Positions 9,926 to 19,323 of a DNA stretch of 64,000 bases are shown here, in pieces. The stretch is from a bacterium. GTDB lineage: Bacteria; Patescibacteriota; CPR2; UBA1875; JAJYID01. Each line of letters opens with the position of its first letter. Position 1 is the stretch's first letter. The notes beneath the pieces are model-generated. The model had not been told where the DNA came from, ran no database searches, and saw only the letters and a program-made list of their open reading frames with translations. Location: contig JAUSJO010000002.1 of the NCBI GenBank assembly GCA_030647205.1, positions 241,112 to 305,111 of the forward strand, read 5' to 3'. The position numbers and the translations under genes were made by a program.

Positions 9926-11273
9926 TTTTTCCTTTTAGCAACCAAGCGGAAGGTCCAACAATTTCAACTTTGACAAACTGACCCATAAGGTCGGTTTGTT
10001 TTTTTGGGACCTCAACGACTTTGTAGCTATCTGTCCGACCGTAGTATTTGTTATTTTTTTCTGAATCGATAAGGGTTCTAAAATCTTTGCCGGCTAGCTT
10101 TTTATTTTCTTTTTCGAGTATTGTCTTTTGAATGTTCGTAAGCTCCCTCCAGCGTTTTTCTTTTTCCTCTTTTGGGATATTGTCTTTCATTTTTTCGGCA
10201 ACTGTCCCGGGGCGGGGAGAATACTTGGCAATGAAGGGCATAGAAAAACAGACTTCTTCCATAACTTTCTTCGTTTGCTCAAAATCTTCTTCCGATTCGT
10301 CTGGAAAGCCGACGATGATATCGGTGGTGATAGATACATCCGGTATAGCTTTTTTGATTTTCTCCACCAGCTTAAGGTATTGTTTTTGAGTGTAGTGGCG
10401 GTTCATGGCTTTTAGTATCCTGTCGCTGCCGGATTGCAGGGGCAGATGAATATAGTGTGGAAAATGTCGCAGTTTTGATAAAGTTTTAATCAGTTCGTCC
10501 GACATATCTTTTGGATGATTAGAGTAGAAATAGACGCGATAGTCGCCGGGGATTTCGTCAATTTTTCTGAGTAAATCAGGGAAAGTGGCGCCGTTTTTCA
10601 GGTCATTTCCGTAGGAGTTTACATTTTGACCGAGCAGGGTGATTTCTCTATAGCCGTTTTTTGTTAGTTCTTTGACTTCGGCGATTATTTCACCTATCGG
10701 TCTTGAAATTTCACGACCGCGAGTATAAGGAACGGCACAGTAGGTGCAGAAGTTGTCGCAGCCGGTGGAGATTGGAATATATGCTTTAAATGTTGACTCG
10801 TACTTCGGATGGATTTGGAAGAAACTATTAGGTCTTGTCATTTCGACCGACTTCGCGGAGCGACGAGTGGAGAAATCCCTTTCTCTAGAATTTTTAAGAG
10901 ATCCCTCGGCGGAGTTTATCCGTTCCGAAGGCGGGTTCGGGATGACAGAGAGGAGGTCAGATAATTTCTCAATTTCATTTATCTCAAATATTAGATCAAA
11001 GAATTTGCTCATTTTCTTTTTATCTTCGGCTAGGACGCAGCCGGACAGCACTGTTGTTAGCGGTCTACTCTTCCGTATATCTTCCCACTCTTTGATTTTT
11101 CCATAAATCCGGTTGATGCCGGACTGCCTGACGCTGCAAGCAACAGTAACGACAAGATCAGCCTCAGATTCTTTTTTTGTTTCTTCATATCCTGCATCAC
11201 AAAGAACGGATGCGATACGCTCTGCATCCGAGAAGTTCATGGCACATCCCAAAGCCCAGATATAGTATTTCAT
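9909..11273 (-). CDS. miaB: tRNA 2-methylthiotransferase (radical SAM) with a ~37-aa insertion
   Basis: GCAMNFSD, CDNFCTYCAVP, LLGQNVNSYG, HLPLQSGS, DIIVGFP, TRAM domain. Confidence 0.95.
   Translation of the reverse strand: MKYYIWALGCAMNFSDAERIASVLCDAGYEETKKESEADLVVTVACSVRQSGINRIYGKIKEWEDIRKSRPLTTVLSGCVLAEDKKKMSKFFDLIFEINEIEKLSDLLSVIPNPPSERINSAEGSLKNSRERDFSTRRSAKSVEMTRPNSFFQIHPKYESTFKAYIPISTGCDNFCTYCAVPYTRGREISRPIGEIIAEVKELTKNGYREITLLGQNVNSYGNDLKNGATFPDLLRKIDEIPGDYRVYFYSNHPKDMSDELIKTLSKLRHFPHYIHLPLQSGSDRILKAMNRHYTQKQYLKLVEKIKKAIPDVSITTDIIVGFPDESEEDFEQTKKVMEEVCFSMPFIAKYSPRPGTVAEKMKDNIPKEEKEKRWRELTNIQKTILEKENKKLAGKDFRTLIDSEKNNKYYGRTDSYKVVEVPKKQTDLMGQFVKVEIVGPSAWLLKGKIISSV
10836..10947. repeat. 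Composite TGTCAT-tagged palindromic element inserted in frame in miaB
   Basis: Ends TGTCATTTCGACC...GGGTTCGGGATGACA; encodes VIPNPPSERINSAEGSLKNSRERDFSTRRSAKSVEMT. Confidence 0.8.
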
Positions 11274-11290
11274 AGAGGTCTATTTTAGCA
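11250..11290. repeat. 41-bp direct repeat, copy 1 (miaB start and its -10 element)
   Basis: CAAAGCCCAGATATAGTATTTCATAGAGGTCTATTTTAGCA; 39/41 identical to 12965..13005. Confidence 0.9.
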
Positions 11291-11381
11291 TGAACAAGGC
11301 ATAAATTAAAGAAAACGTCTTGACGCCAAAACATTTATGTTTAAAAATGTTTCTGTAAAAGAAAAATAAGAGGAGTTATAA

Positions 11382-12980
11382 ATGAAAAAACTGAATCTAG
11401 GGCCGACAGACAGACTGCACGAACATTTATCAGGTAAATCCGCTAGTTATAAAAGCTGGCACACAAGAAAGATACATCATTTTGTGCATTGGGGAGTACT
11501 AATCTTGATTGTTATTTCCTATTCATTATTGTTAGTGTCTCCAGGGAAAGATAACAAAGTACAAGCACTAACGGGCGGCTATCCTCCGAGTTATTTCCAA
11601 GAAAGCTGGGCTGGTGGAGTGAGCGGAGAAACAGCCATCTTGTCTCAGATATCAGCTTGGACAAAATATAGTTCATCCACGAATCTTACGGTTGGGGATG
11701 ATCTCAATAGAATGACAGGCAGTGGTCCGAGTGAGCTTATTTCGAGCCCCATAAATCTAGAAGGAAAAGAAATTCATTTTATGGGAGGCTCAGTATGTGG
11801 CACTGAGTATGGAGGTCACATATATGGCCGAACTGCAAGTACGGTAGGTGGCTTAAGCGGTGCTTCTTGGGTTGAATATACCCCTTCTAGTGGTGGCTAT
11901 CTTCATGAAAACTATTTCCAATACAGGGTATCTCTTTCGGATCCATGCAATGCGGCGCAGAGTATAGGTCTATATGTTAGTCATGCAATAATAGGTGGGA
12001 CTGTCAAAGATAGTGGTACAGGCCAAGTGCTTCTGAAATATACTGTCTCCGGCCCAACCTGTGATACTGGCAATTTTGATTACACGGGTGGTGGTGGAAT
12101 GGGAGAGCCTGGATCCTACTTTATATACTGTGATTATTTTGTGGGAGAAACTTCAAAGACAGTCACAATTACTGCTCCTGGATATACGGCGGTAACAAAA
12201 AATATTCCAATAACGCAGAAAAATTGGAGCTTAGCAGGAATGACTGCAAGCCAAATGAAAACCTCTACGCAGTACGCAGGGCAAGCGGCCTTTCAGCACG
12301 CTGTAGATTCGGCAAGTTATAGTGCGGAAAGCTCTTTTAATCTTCAGGCCACAGCTTCTTCCGGGTCGAGTCCAACACCTAGCACGGGTACTACTACAGG
12401 CACCACGACAAGTAATAGTTCGAAAAAAGGTACAGCGATCAATTATGAAAACCTGAAAATATCAAATACGGTACCAAAACCAGAGCTCCTGGTTATATTA
12501 GCGGGTGATAAAAAATTAGAAGGTGATAAAGTACAAGGAAGCAACTTTAAGAAAGGCCAAAAAATAGTTTTTTCTGGGAAAGCCGTACCTAATGGTAAAG
12601 TGCTTTTGTTCTTCCAGTCTGATCCATTTGAAGATGTTGCTACCGCCGATAAAGATGGCAACTGGAGCTATGAACTAACTCAAGATTTGGGGGAAGGGGA
12701 ACATAGTTTACAAATAGCTGTTACTGACCCAACCACAAATCTTACAAGTGAGAAAAGTGCTCCGGTTAAGTTTGTCCTCGTTGCGGAGGCAAAAGCCGTT
12801 ACCGTGCAGACTAAAGACCCTCAGAAAAAGCCTAGCCATCCATTATATTTTTACCTCCTCGGAGGGTTTGCGGCGATTATCTTAGTTGCCGGAGGTATTG
12901 AGTGCTACTTATTCTTCGTCAAAGGTAAAGGTTTCTTATTGAAGAGAGTTATTAAAAAAGAAAACAAAGCCCAGATATAG
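11382..12980 (+). CDS. Surface/exported protein with Ig-like domain and C-terminal TM anchor
   Basis: N-terminal HEHL..Y..WH..HHFVHW plus hydrophobic segment; FSGKAVPN..ADKDGNWSY..GEHSL Ig-like segment; C-terminal TM. Confidence 0.8.
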   Translation: MKKLNLGPTDRLHEHLSGKSASYKSWHTRKIHHFVHWGVLILIVISYSLLLVSPGKDNKVQALTGGYPPSYFQESWAGGVSGETAILSQISAWTKYSSSTNLTVGDDLNRMTGSGPSELISSPINLEGKEIHFMGGSVCGTEYGGHIYGRTASTVGGLSGASWVEYTPSSGGYLHENYFQYRVSLSDPCNAAQSIGLYVSHAIIGGTVKDSGTGQVLLKYTVSGPTCDTGNFDYTGGGGMGEPGSYFIYCDYFVGETSKTVTITAPGYTAVTKNIPITQKNWSLAGMTASQMKTSTQYAGQAAFQHAVDSASYSAESSFNLQATASSGSSPTPSTGTTTGTTTSNSSKKGTAINYENLKISNTVPKPELLVILAGDKKLEGDKVQGSNFKKGQKIVFSGKAVPNGKVLLFFQSDPFEDVATADKDGNWSYELTQDLGEGEHSLQIAVTDPTTNLTSEKSAPVKFVLVAEAKAVTVQTKDPQKKPSHPLYFYLLGGFAAIILVAGGIECYLFFVKGKGFLLKRVIKKENKAQI

Positions 12981-13005
12981 CATTTCATAGAGGTCTAGTT
13001 TAGCA
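12965..13005. repeat. 41-bp direct repeat, copy 2 (supplies the stop codon of 11382..12980)
   Basis: CAAAGCCCAGATATAGCATTTCATAGAGGTCTAGTTTAGCA. Confidence 0.9.
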
Positions 13006-13035
13006 GAAAAGCCACGTTTTTTGAAGAATGTTGGC

Positions 13036-14181
13036 TTATTTGCGTTTGCCCATTTTATCGAAATCTTTTAGTGCATTCGCTATTGTTGGGACGAGGTCTT
13101 TTTCAAAGATTGAAGGAATAATCTTTTCTTCTGTTGGATTCTTTACCATTTCGGCGATGGCTTTTGCAACGGCGAGCTTGATTGCCGGTGTAACTTTGCG
13201 AATTTCATTATCGAGAAGTCCGCGGAAAAGGCCGGGGAATACCAGGGCGTTATTTATCTGGTTTGGAAAGTCACTTCGGCCCGTGGCAATGATTTTTGCT
13301 CCGCCTTTTTTGGCCTCATCCGGCATGATCTCAGGGATAGGATTTGCCATCGCAAAAACTATTGGGTTCTTATTCATTTTCTTTATATCATCAGCTGTGA
13401 ACTGACCCGGTTTTGATACGCCAATCAGAATATCAGCTCCCTTGAGGGCAAGATTGCAGCTCCCGATAGGGCAGGAGGCAGAACTTTTTTCTAAAATTTC
13501 TTTCTTATAACCATTTCCATTTGTGCTGTCTTCTGAAATCACACCCCTGGAGTCGCACATACAAATATTGCTGAAACCGTACTCAAACAAAAGATTTGTG
13601 ATAGCTATGCCTGCTGCACCAGCGCCGGATATTACAATTTTTACGCCCGTGTCCTTGCCGACAACTTTCAGAGCATTTACTAGTCCCGCCAAAACGACTA
13701 TTGCCGTGCCGTGCTGATCGTCATGGAAGACAGGGATGTCTAGTTCTTCAGTTAAGCGTCTTTCGATTTCAAAACAGCGTGGAGCTGAAATGTCCTCAAG
13801 ATTTATCCCGCCGAAAGATGGCGCCAGGTATTTTACCGTTTTGATAATTTCCTCAGTATCCTGGGTGTCGAGGCAGATTGGCACAGCATTTATCTCTGCG
13901 AATTGGGCGAAGATAGCGCATTTGCCTTCCATCACCGGCATGGCGGCTTCCGGTCCGATATTGCCAAGGCCCAAAACTGCACTGCCGTCTGACACGACAG
14001 GCACGGTGTTCCACTTCCCGGTCAGATTATTTACTTCAGATTTATTTTTAGCAATTGTATCCGAGGCTTTGGCAACGCCTGGAGTATAGGCGATCGGAAG
14101 AGTTTCTTCATTTAGCTCTATTTTTGAGGTGATAACGATTTTGCCTCTTAAATCCTGATGCATTTTGATTGGATCTTTCAT
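13036..14181 (-). CDS. NAD(P)-dependent malic enzyme (short form)
   Basis: AYTPGVA, LGLGNIGP..PVMEGK, INLEDI, FHDDQHGTA, GAGAAG, TGRSDFPNQINN. Confidence 0.93.
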   Translation of the reverse strand: MKDPIKMHQDLRGKIVITSKIELNEETLPIAYTPGVAKASDTIAKNKSEVNNLTGKWNTVPVVSDGSAVLGLGNIGPEAAMPVMEGKCAIFAQFAEINAVPICLDTQDTEEIIKTVKYLAPSFGGINLEDISAPRCFEIERRLTEELDIPVFHDDQHGTAIVVLAGLVNALKVVGKDTGVKIVISGAGAAGIAITNLLFEYGFSNICMCDSRGVISEDSTNGNGYKKEILEKSSASCPIGSCNLALKGADILIGVSKPGQFTADDIKKMNKNPIVFAMANPIPEIMPDEAKKGGAKIIATGRSDFPNQINNALVFPGLFRGLLDNEIRKVTPAIKLAVAKAIAEMVKNPTEEKIIPSIFEKDLVPTIANALKDFDKMGKRK

Positions 14182-14199
14182 TTTTTATACCTTGGTTCC

Positions 14200-15063
14200 T
14201 TATTTTAGTTTGTCCAGTTCTTCAAATATTTTCTTGATCAAGATATCCGCATCCGGAAGATCTATCTGTCCCATTGAGTTGTATGGGTCGTAGCGCCCAT
14301 GATCATCGTTGCCAAATGTGATGATGTATCCGTTTTTGTCAGCAAATTCTCTATAGTACTTCGTCTGTTCTTTTGAGTGTTTCCAAGAGTAAACCTCTAT
14401 ACCTTTTAGTCCATTTTTTCGTAGCTCACTAGCGATGTGTTCAAAGTCATCAAACTTGTCGATATCAAGTCCGGGGTGAGCCAGAGAGGCAAACCCACCG
14501 GCATTTCTAATAAGTTCCACCGCTTTAATACCCGAAGGGCTGGATAGGTTTATATATGCCTTACCTTTTGGCCACAGATATTCTTTTTCGATTTCTTTAG
14601 CGGAGGAAGCCAACTTATGGTTTCTCTCATCTTCCATCAGTACTGTCGTGATCTGCAGTCTTCTAAGAGGCTTAGTCTGTTTTTCTTGTTCTTCGGCGAG
14701 ACGATCCCGGTTGATATGGAAACCAAAAGAGGCAAGCTTGTCATAAAAGAGCTCATTTCTGTTTGCTCTGTTTGTATATGTTTTTGCGATCTCTTCTTTG
14801 AGTGCTTTATTCTCAAAATCGATGCCATAGCCAAGTATGTGCAAACGGTTTCCTTCAAAGTCGCAAGTGACCTCAACTCCCGGAATCGCCTGTATTCCGG
14901 CTTTTTTAGATTTTTCGAGAAATTCTTTTTGTCCCGCCATCGTGTCATGGTCAGTGAGCGCCAAAACTTTCATGCCGATTTTTTTAGCATGGGCGAGGAT
15001 CTCGTCCACATTCCACTCTCCATCAGAGTATGTGGAGTGAAAATGCAAGTCGTATGGAATCAT
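14200..15063 (-). CDS. PHP-domain phosphoesterase (YciV/TrpH-like)
   Basis: DLHFHSTYSDG, LTDHD, GVEV, HILGY, LAHP, GNDDHG. Confidence 0.9.
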   Translation of the reverse strand: MIPYDLHFHSTYSDGEWNVDEILAHAKKIGMKVLALTDHDTMAGQKEFLEKSKKAGIQAIPGVEVTCDFEGNRLHILGYGIDFENKALKEEIAKTYTNRANRNELFYDKLASFGFHINRDRLAEEQEKQTKPLRRLQITTVLMEDERNHKLASSAKEIEKEYLWPKGKAYINLSSPSGIKAVELIRNAGGFASLAHPGLDIDKFDDFEHIASELRKNGLKGIEVYSWKHSKEQTKYYREFADKNGYIITFGNDDHGRYDPYNSMGQIDLPDADILIKKIFEELDKLK

Positions 15064-16811
15064 TCTTTCTCTTTGATTTCTTTTGTAAGTTTTTCAATCA
15101 ATTTTTTGGTATCAATTTGTCCAAGGTCGCCGTTTTTTCGAGAGCGGACGGCTATTTTCTTTGATTTAACTTCTTTTTCGCCGAGAACTAGCATGTAGGG
15201 AATTTTTTGCATCTCTGCATTTCTGATTTTTTTACCAACAGACTCGTCTGAATCATCGAGCTCCACCCTTAGATCCGCATTCTTTAATTCTGACTCAACT
15301 CCGCGGGCAAACTTCTCAAACTTTTCTGAAACAGGGATTACTTTTACCTGAACGGGAGCCAGCCAGAGAGGGAAGTTTCCATTGTAATGTTCTGTTAAGA
15401 TGCCGATAAATCTTTCCAGAGAACCGAAAATAGCCGCATGAATCATAACCGGAGTTTTTTTACTGCCATTCTCTGCGATATATTCAAGGCCGAATCTTTC
15501 AGGAAGCTGGAAGTCCAGCTGGATTGTCGCAAGCTGCCACTTTCTGCCCAGTGCATCCTCGATGTCTATATCTATTTTAGGTCCATAAAAGGCGCCATCA
15601 TTTTCTTTGGTCTCATAGGATATTTTTTCTTTTCTTAATGCATTTTCAAGATTTTTTTCTGCCTTATCCCAGTCCTTCTTTTCTCCCATGAAGTTGTCCG
15701 GACGAGTAGAGAAGTAGAACTGCGGTTTGATGTCAAAAATTTTATAATACTCTTTGACCATTTTGATCAGGGTTTCGATCTCGCTCTCAACTTGCTCTTT
15801 GGTGCAGAAGATGTGGGCATCGTCTTGGGTTATATGTCTAACTCGGAACAGTCCGTTTAGCTGCCCTGACTTTTCATTTCTTAAAACTCTCCCGATTTCT
15901 GTGTATCTGACGGGTAAGTCTCTGTATGATCTGAGTTTTTCTTGGTAAATTTTAATGTTAAATGGGCAGTCCATGGGCTTTAAGACATAGGTTTCTTTCT
16001 CGACTTTGAAATGGAACATGTCCTCTTTGTAGTGGTCCCAATGGCCTGAGGTTTTCCAGAGAGTATTCTTAGCGAGTATCGGAGTCTGGATTTCTTCATT
16101 GCCATATTTTTTGCGGACAGATTTTCCCAAGGATTCAAGCTCGTTCCAAATAATCATGCCTTTTGGATGCCAGAAGGCACTTCCCGGGGCCTCCGCATGG
16201 AATGAAAAGAGGTCAAGAGCTTGGCCAATCTTTTTGTGGTCTCTGTTTCGTGCTTCCTCCAGGTTTTTCAGATATTCGTCAAGTTCTTGCTGGGTTTCAA
16301 ACGCATAGGCGTAGATGCGCTGGAGCATTTTGTTTTTTTCATCACCCTTCCAGTAAGCGCCTGCGGTATGTGAAAGTTTGAATATACCGAGTTTATTGGT
16401 TGAGTCGACATGCGGACCTTCACAGAGGTCAATAAACTCACCCGTTTTATAAAAACTGACTGATTTCTTGCCCCGAGAGTTTGGGGTGTTGCCTGCTTTT
16501 TCTAAGTCTTTGATTAGTTCTGTTTTATAAGGCTGATTGGCTTTCTTCGCAATTTTTAACGCCTCAGTTATTGGGACATCCTGACGCTCAAATTTCAAAT
16601 TCTGTTTTACAATGTGTTTCATTTTCTTTTCGAGAAGCGGTAAATCCTCAGGAATTAAAGTTCTCGGAAGATCAAAGTCATAGTAAAAACCATTATCTAT
16701 TGCAGGACCGATGGCGAGTTTGCCTTCCGGGAACATATCTAAAACTGCCATTGCCAGCACGTGGCTTAGGCTGTGGCGCATAACTTCTAAATTATTTTTT
16801 TCTTTTGCCAT
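15060..16811 (-). CDS. thrS: Threonine-tRNA ligase
   Basis: RHSLSH, DLCEGPH, KPMDCP, LFRVRHITQDDAH, GAFYGPKID, GSLERF. Confidence 0.97.
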   Translation of the reverse strand: MAKEKNNLEVMRHSLSHVLAMAVLDMFPEGKLAIGPAIDNGFYYDFDLPRTLIPEDLPLLEKKMKHIVKQNLKFERQDVPITEALKIAKKANQPYKTELIKDLEKAGNTPNSRGKKSVSFYKTGEFIDLCEGPHVDSTNKLGIFKLSHTAGAYWKGDEKNKMLQRIYAYAFETQQELDEYLKNLEEARNRDHKKIGQALDLFSFHAEAPGSAFWHPKGMIIWNELESLGKSVRKKYGNEEIQTPILAKNTLWKTSGHWDHYKEDMFHFKVEKETYVLKPMDCPFNIKIYQEKLRSYRDLPVRYTEIGRVLRNEKSGQLNGLFRVRHITQDDAHIFCTKEQVESEIETLIKMVKEYYKIFDIKPQFYFSTRPDNFMGEKKDWDKAEKNLENALRKEKISYETKENDGAFYGPKIDIDIEDALGRKWQLATIQLDFQLPERFGLEYIAENGSKKTPVMIHAAIFGSLERFIGILTEHYNGNFPLWLAPVQVKVIPVSEKFEKFARGVESELKNADLRVELDDSDESVGKKIRNAEMQKIPYMLVLGEKEVKSKKIAVRSRKNGDLGQIDTKKLIEKLTKEIKEKE

Positions 16812-16947
16812 CTCTCTTGATTTACTAAATTATTATAACAAAAAATTACCTTTGTTGAAACTGAAAATTTAGATTAAGATACATTGGAAAATAGAGTCTC
16901 CACTGGTAACATGAGAACTAAGAAAAATAATTGAAAGGAGAAGATGT

Positions 16948-17328
16948 ATGAAAAAACCAATGGTTGCGCTTATTGTTGTGATCCTCCTAGCTGCCGGAGT
17001 GGGCGCTTATTTTCTCTTGGGTTCCAGCTACAAGCAGAAAAGTCCGGAAGTGAAGTTGCCCAGTGAACAGACAAATGTGCCGAAAGAAAAAAATACTATT
17101 AGCATTAAAGATTTTGTATTTAATCCCGACACTTTGACAGTGAAAGTCGGTGATATTGTAACTTGGAGAAATGATGACGGGGTAGTGCACAGTATTAAAT
17201 CCACCGACTTCAGTTCGCCGAATATAAAGAATGGAGATACTTTTAAATTCCAATTTGTAAAGGCGGGTACGTATGAGTATAACTGTGGAATACATCCTTA
17301 CATGAAGGGCAAGGTTGTGGTAGAATAA
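16948..17328 (+). CDS. Membrane-anchored cupredoxin (type-1 copper)
   Basis: FNPDTLTVKVGDIVTWRNDD..HS; YNCGIHPYMKG. Confidence 0.88.
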   Translation: MKKPMVALIVVILLAAGVGAYFLLGSSYKQKSPEVKLPSEQTNVPKEKNTISIKDFVFNPDTLTVKVGDIVTWRNDDGVVHSIKSTDFSSPNIKNGDTFKFQFVKAGTYEYNCGIHPYMKGKVVVE

Positions 17329-17332
17329 GCTT

Positions 17333-17557
17333 ATGATTCATAGTATCGCTTATCATATGATTTACGGAAAGCCGCTCATAGCGTATATGGGTATTTTGAC
17401 TTTGTCATCACTCCTTTTTACCGCTTTTATTTCCGTTTCAAATGTAAAATTCAACTATCACTTGATTCCATTTAAGTGGCATCCGAGAGTGGCGGCTGTG
17501 ACCATAACTTTAGCACTAGTTCATGCAACTCTTGGTGTCGGATCATATTTTTTCTAA
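17333..17557 (+). CDS. Small two-TM protein with His residues in or near the helices
   Basis: Two hydrophobic helices; KWHP and LVHA. Confidence 0.6.
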   Translation: MIHSIAYHMIYGKPLIAYMGILTLSSLLFTAFISVSNVKFNYHLIPFKWHPRVAAVTITLALVHATLGVGSYFF

Positions 17558-17576
17558 AATCAAAAAGGAGAGCATA

Positions 17577-17909
17577 ATGATAAAAAAACATGTAGAAGGA
17601 TTCAGAGAGTTTATTATTGAAAATGGCGTAGTCGGTCTTGCTATAGGTTTTGTTTTGGCAGGAGCGGTCACAAAGCTTGTGGCAGCACTTGTGACTGATA
17701 TGATCAACCCGTTCGTTGGTCTTATCCTCGGACAAACTAAAGGCATTGAGAAGCTGACTTTTCACGTTGGTTCCGCAACCATCTTACTCGGAAGTTTCAT
17801 AAGCGCGATTATCGATTTCACAATCGTTGCGCTGGTAGTATACTTTGGATATAAGTGGCTAAAACTTGAGAAGCTAAAGAAACAAGACGAAGAGAAAAAG
17901 AAGAAATAA
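17577..17909 (+). CDS. mscL: Large-conductance mechanosensitive channel family
   Basis: FREFIIENGVVGLAIGFVLA..LVTDMINP..GSFISAIIDF; SD AAGGAG. Confidence 0.88.
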   Translation: MIKKHVEGFREFIIENGVVGLAIGFVLAGAVTKLVAALVTDMINPFVGLILGQTKGIEKLTFHVGSATILLGSFISAIIDFTIVALVVYFGYKWLKLEKLKKQDEEKKKK

Positions 17910-17927
17910 AACAGAAAATTGGGAAAC

Positions 17928-17953
17928 AAAAAGAGCACTTAAGTGCTCTTTTT
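17928..17953. terminator. Bidirectional terminator
   Basis: Perfect palindrome AAAAAGAGCACTTAAGTGCTCTTTTT. Confidence 0.75.
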
Positions 17954-17968
17954 AAGTCAGTCTAATAT

Positions 17969-18988
17969 TTATTTTAAGCATTCTATGAGTTCTGTCAGAT
18001 CTATTTTTAGTGGTTCCTGATCGTTGTATATCCACATCTTTTCTCGAATGATCTTGCCCTGAAATTTATCACCTAGTTTTTCTCTAATCTTTTCACTATC
18101 AATATTTTTTTCTTTGAGAGTTACCGCGAAGCTTTTGTCTGGAGTGAAGTTGACTATGCCGTCATATTTTACATAAGCAGCTGAAGCGCCGACACGAAGT
18201 TCATTTCCTTCATTTATGAGTATTTTTCCGTATTCGGTTTCAACAACCTTGCCTTCACTTGCCATACTTTCCATTTTCTTCATTGCATCATCAACTATCT
18301 TTTGTTGGTTTTCTGCAACTTCGCGTAGTCCATAGTCCTCAAACTCCTCAGGAGTCAGCTCGTCAAGTGGAGACTCATGTTTGGTGAAGTAGGAAAGAAG
18401 TTTGTTAAAGTCGAGATGCCTTTGGACTCCTATGATAGTTTTCCCGCTTCTTAAGAATTCTGCTTGTGGGATTAACCTATTGTCCATTTTCGTTACAAAA
18501 TCGACCGTTCTATCCAGAGATTCACTTCTCTCGAGTAGTTTCAAGTCGGCTAAGACGTTGTACATGATTTCTGCTGAGGAAGTAATGGTTTTGTTCTCAG
18601 AAGTATGATGATCGAATATTGCCGTATCCGTTTCTTTGTCATAGCTGACTCCCAGTTTATCTCCAGTATCAAAGTTTATCCTTCCTTCTTCGACTGTTCC
18701 CGGTTTGATATATTTTATATCAGAAGCATCTATGCCAGCTTTCTCTAGAAGTTCTATAGTGGTTCTACCATCCAAGTCTGTGTAAGGCTGTAATTTTCTT
18801 CCTCCTGATTCCTCGTCATAGGCCATAACGCCGGAAACGGCAAACTCTTTCCAGAGTTCCCGGGTTTTCCTACTAAATCTTTCATCTCCTTCTTTTTCGG
18901 TGAGAGCATTTAGTTCATCGTAGGAGCCTATCTTATTGAGAGTAATCTCGGCTGCATTTCTAGAATTTGCGAATTCTTTTGATTCCAT
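17969..18988 (-). CDS. Divergent DHH-phosphoesterase-like protein
   Basis: TDLDG, NFDTG, FDHH, TSSAE in DHH-family order. Confidence 0.5.
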   Translation of the reverse strand: MESKEFANSRNAAEITLNKIGSYDELNALTEKEGDERFSRKTRELWKEFAVSGVMAYDEESGGRKLQPYTDLDGRTTIELLEKAGIDASDIKYIKPGTVEEGRINFDTGDKLGVSYDKETDTAIFDHHTSENKTITSSAEIMYNVLADLKLLERSESLDRTVDFVTKMDNRLIPQAEFLRSGKTIIGVQRHLDFNKLLSYFTKHESPLDELTPEEFEDYGLREVAENQQKIVDDAMKKMESMASEGKVVETEYGKILINEGNELRVGASAAYVKYDGIVNFTPDKSFAVTLKEKNIDSEKIREKLGDKFQGKIIREKMWIYNDQEPLKIDLTELIECLK

Positions 18989-19013
18989 TTATTTCTCCTT
19001 ATGTAGAAAATAT

Positions 19014-19038
19014 TTTGGTGCCGCGGAGAGGACTCGAA
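19014..19038 (-). repeat. Duplicate of the tRNA-Leu 3' end (att-like scar)
   Basis: TTTGGTGCCGCGGAGAGGACTCGAA identical to 19166..19190. Confidence 0.88.
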
Positions 19039-19167
19039 GCAGTATCACTGCTTTTTAAGTTTCTTCCTCGATACTTATGTTATTTTGGGATTCTTTTTAT
19101 AAAATTAAGAAATTATTTTCCTAGGCAGTTACAGAGGTTCTCGCCACCTCCTTGCAAACAATTTCTT

Positions 19168-19254
19168 TGGTGCCGCGGAGAGGACTCGAACCTCCACGAG
19201 ATTGCTCCCACTGGTCTCTGAAACCAGCGCGTCTACCAGTTCCGCCACCGCGGC
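19168..19254 (-). tRNA. tRNA-Leu(CAG)
   Basis: GCCGCGG...CTGGT-TTCAGAG-ACCAG anticodon arm, long variable arm, GTTCGAG T-loop, encoded CCA. Confidence 0.96.
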
Positions 19255-19287
19255 ATGCAAGATATTTTAGCAAAATTTTGGTAAAGA

Positions 19288-19318
19288 AAAAAGCGGAGTT
19301 TTTAAAACTCCGCTTTTT
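19288..19318. terminator. Terminator after the MFS gene
   Basis: AAAAAGCGGAGTTTT-T-AAAACTCCGCTTTTT. Confidence 0.75.
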
Positions 19319-19323
19319 GGGGT

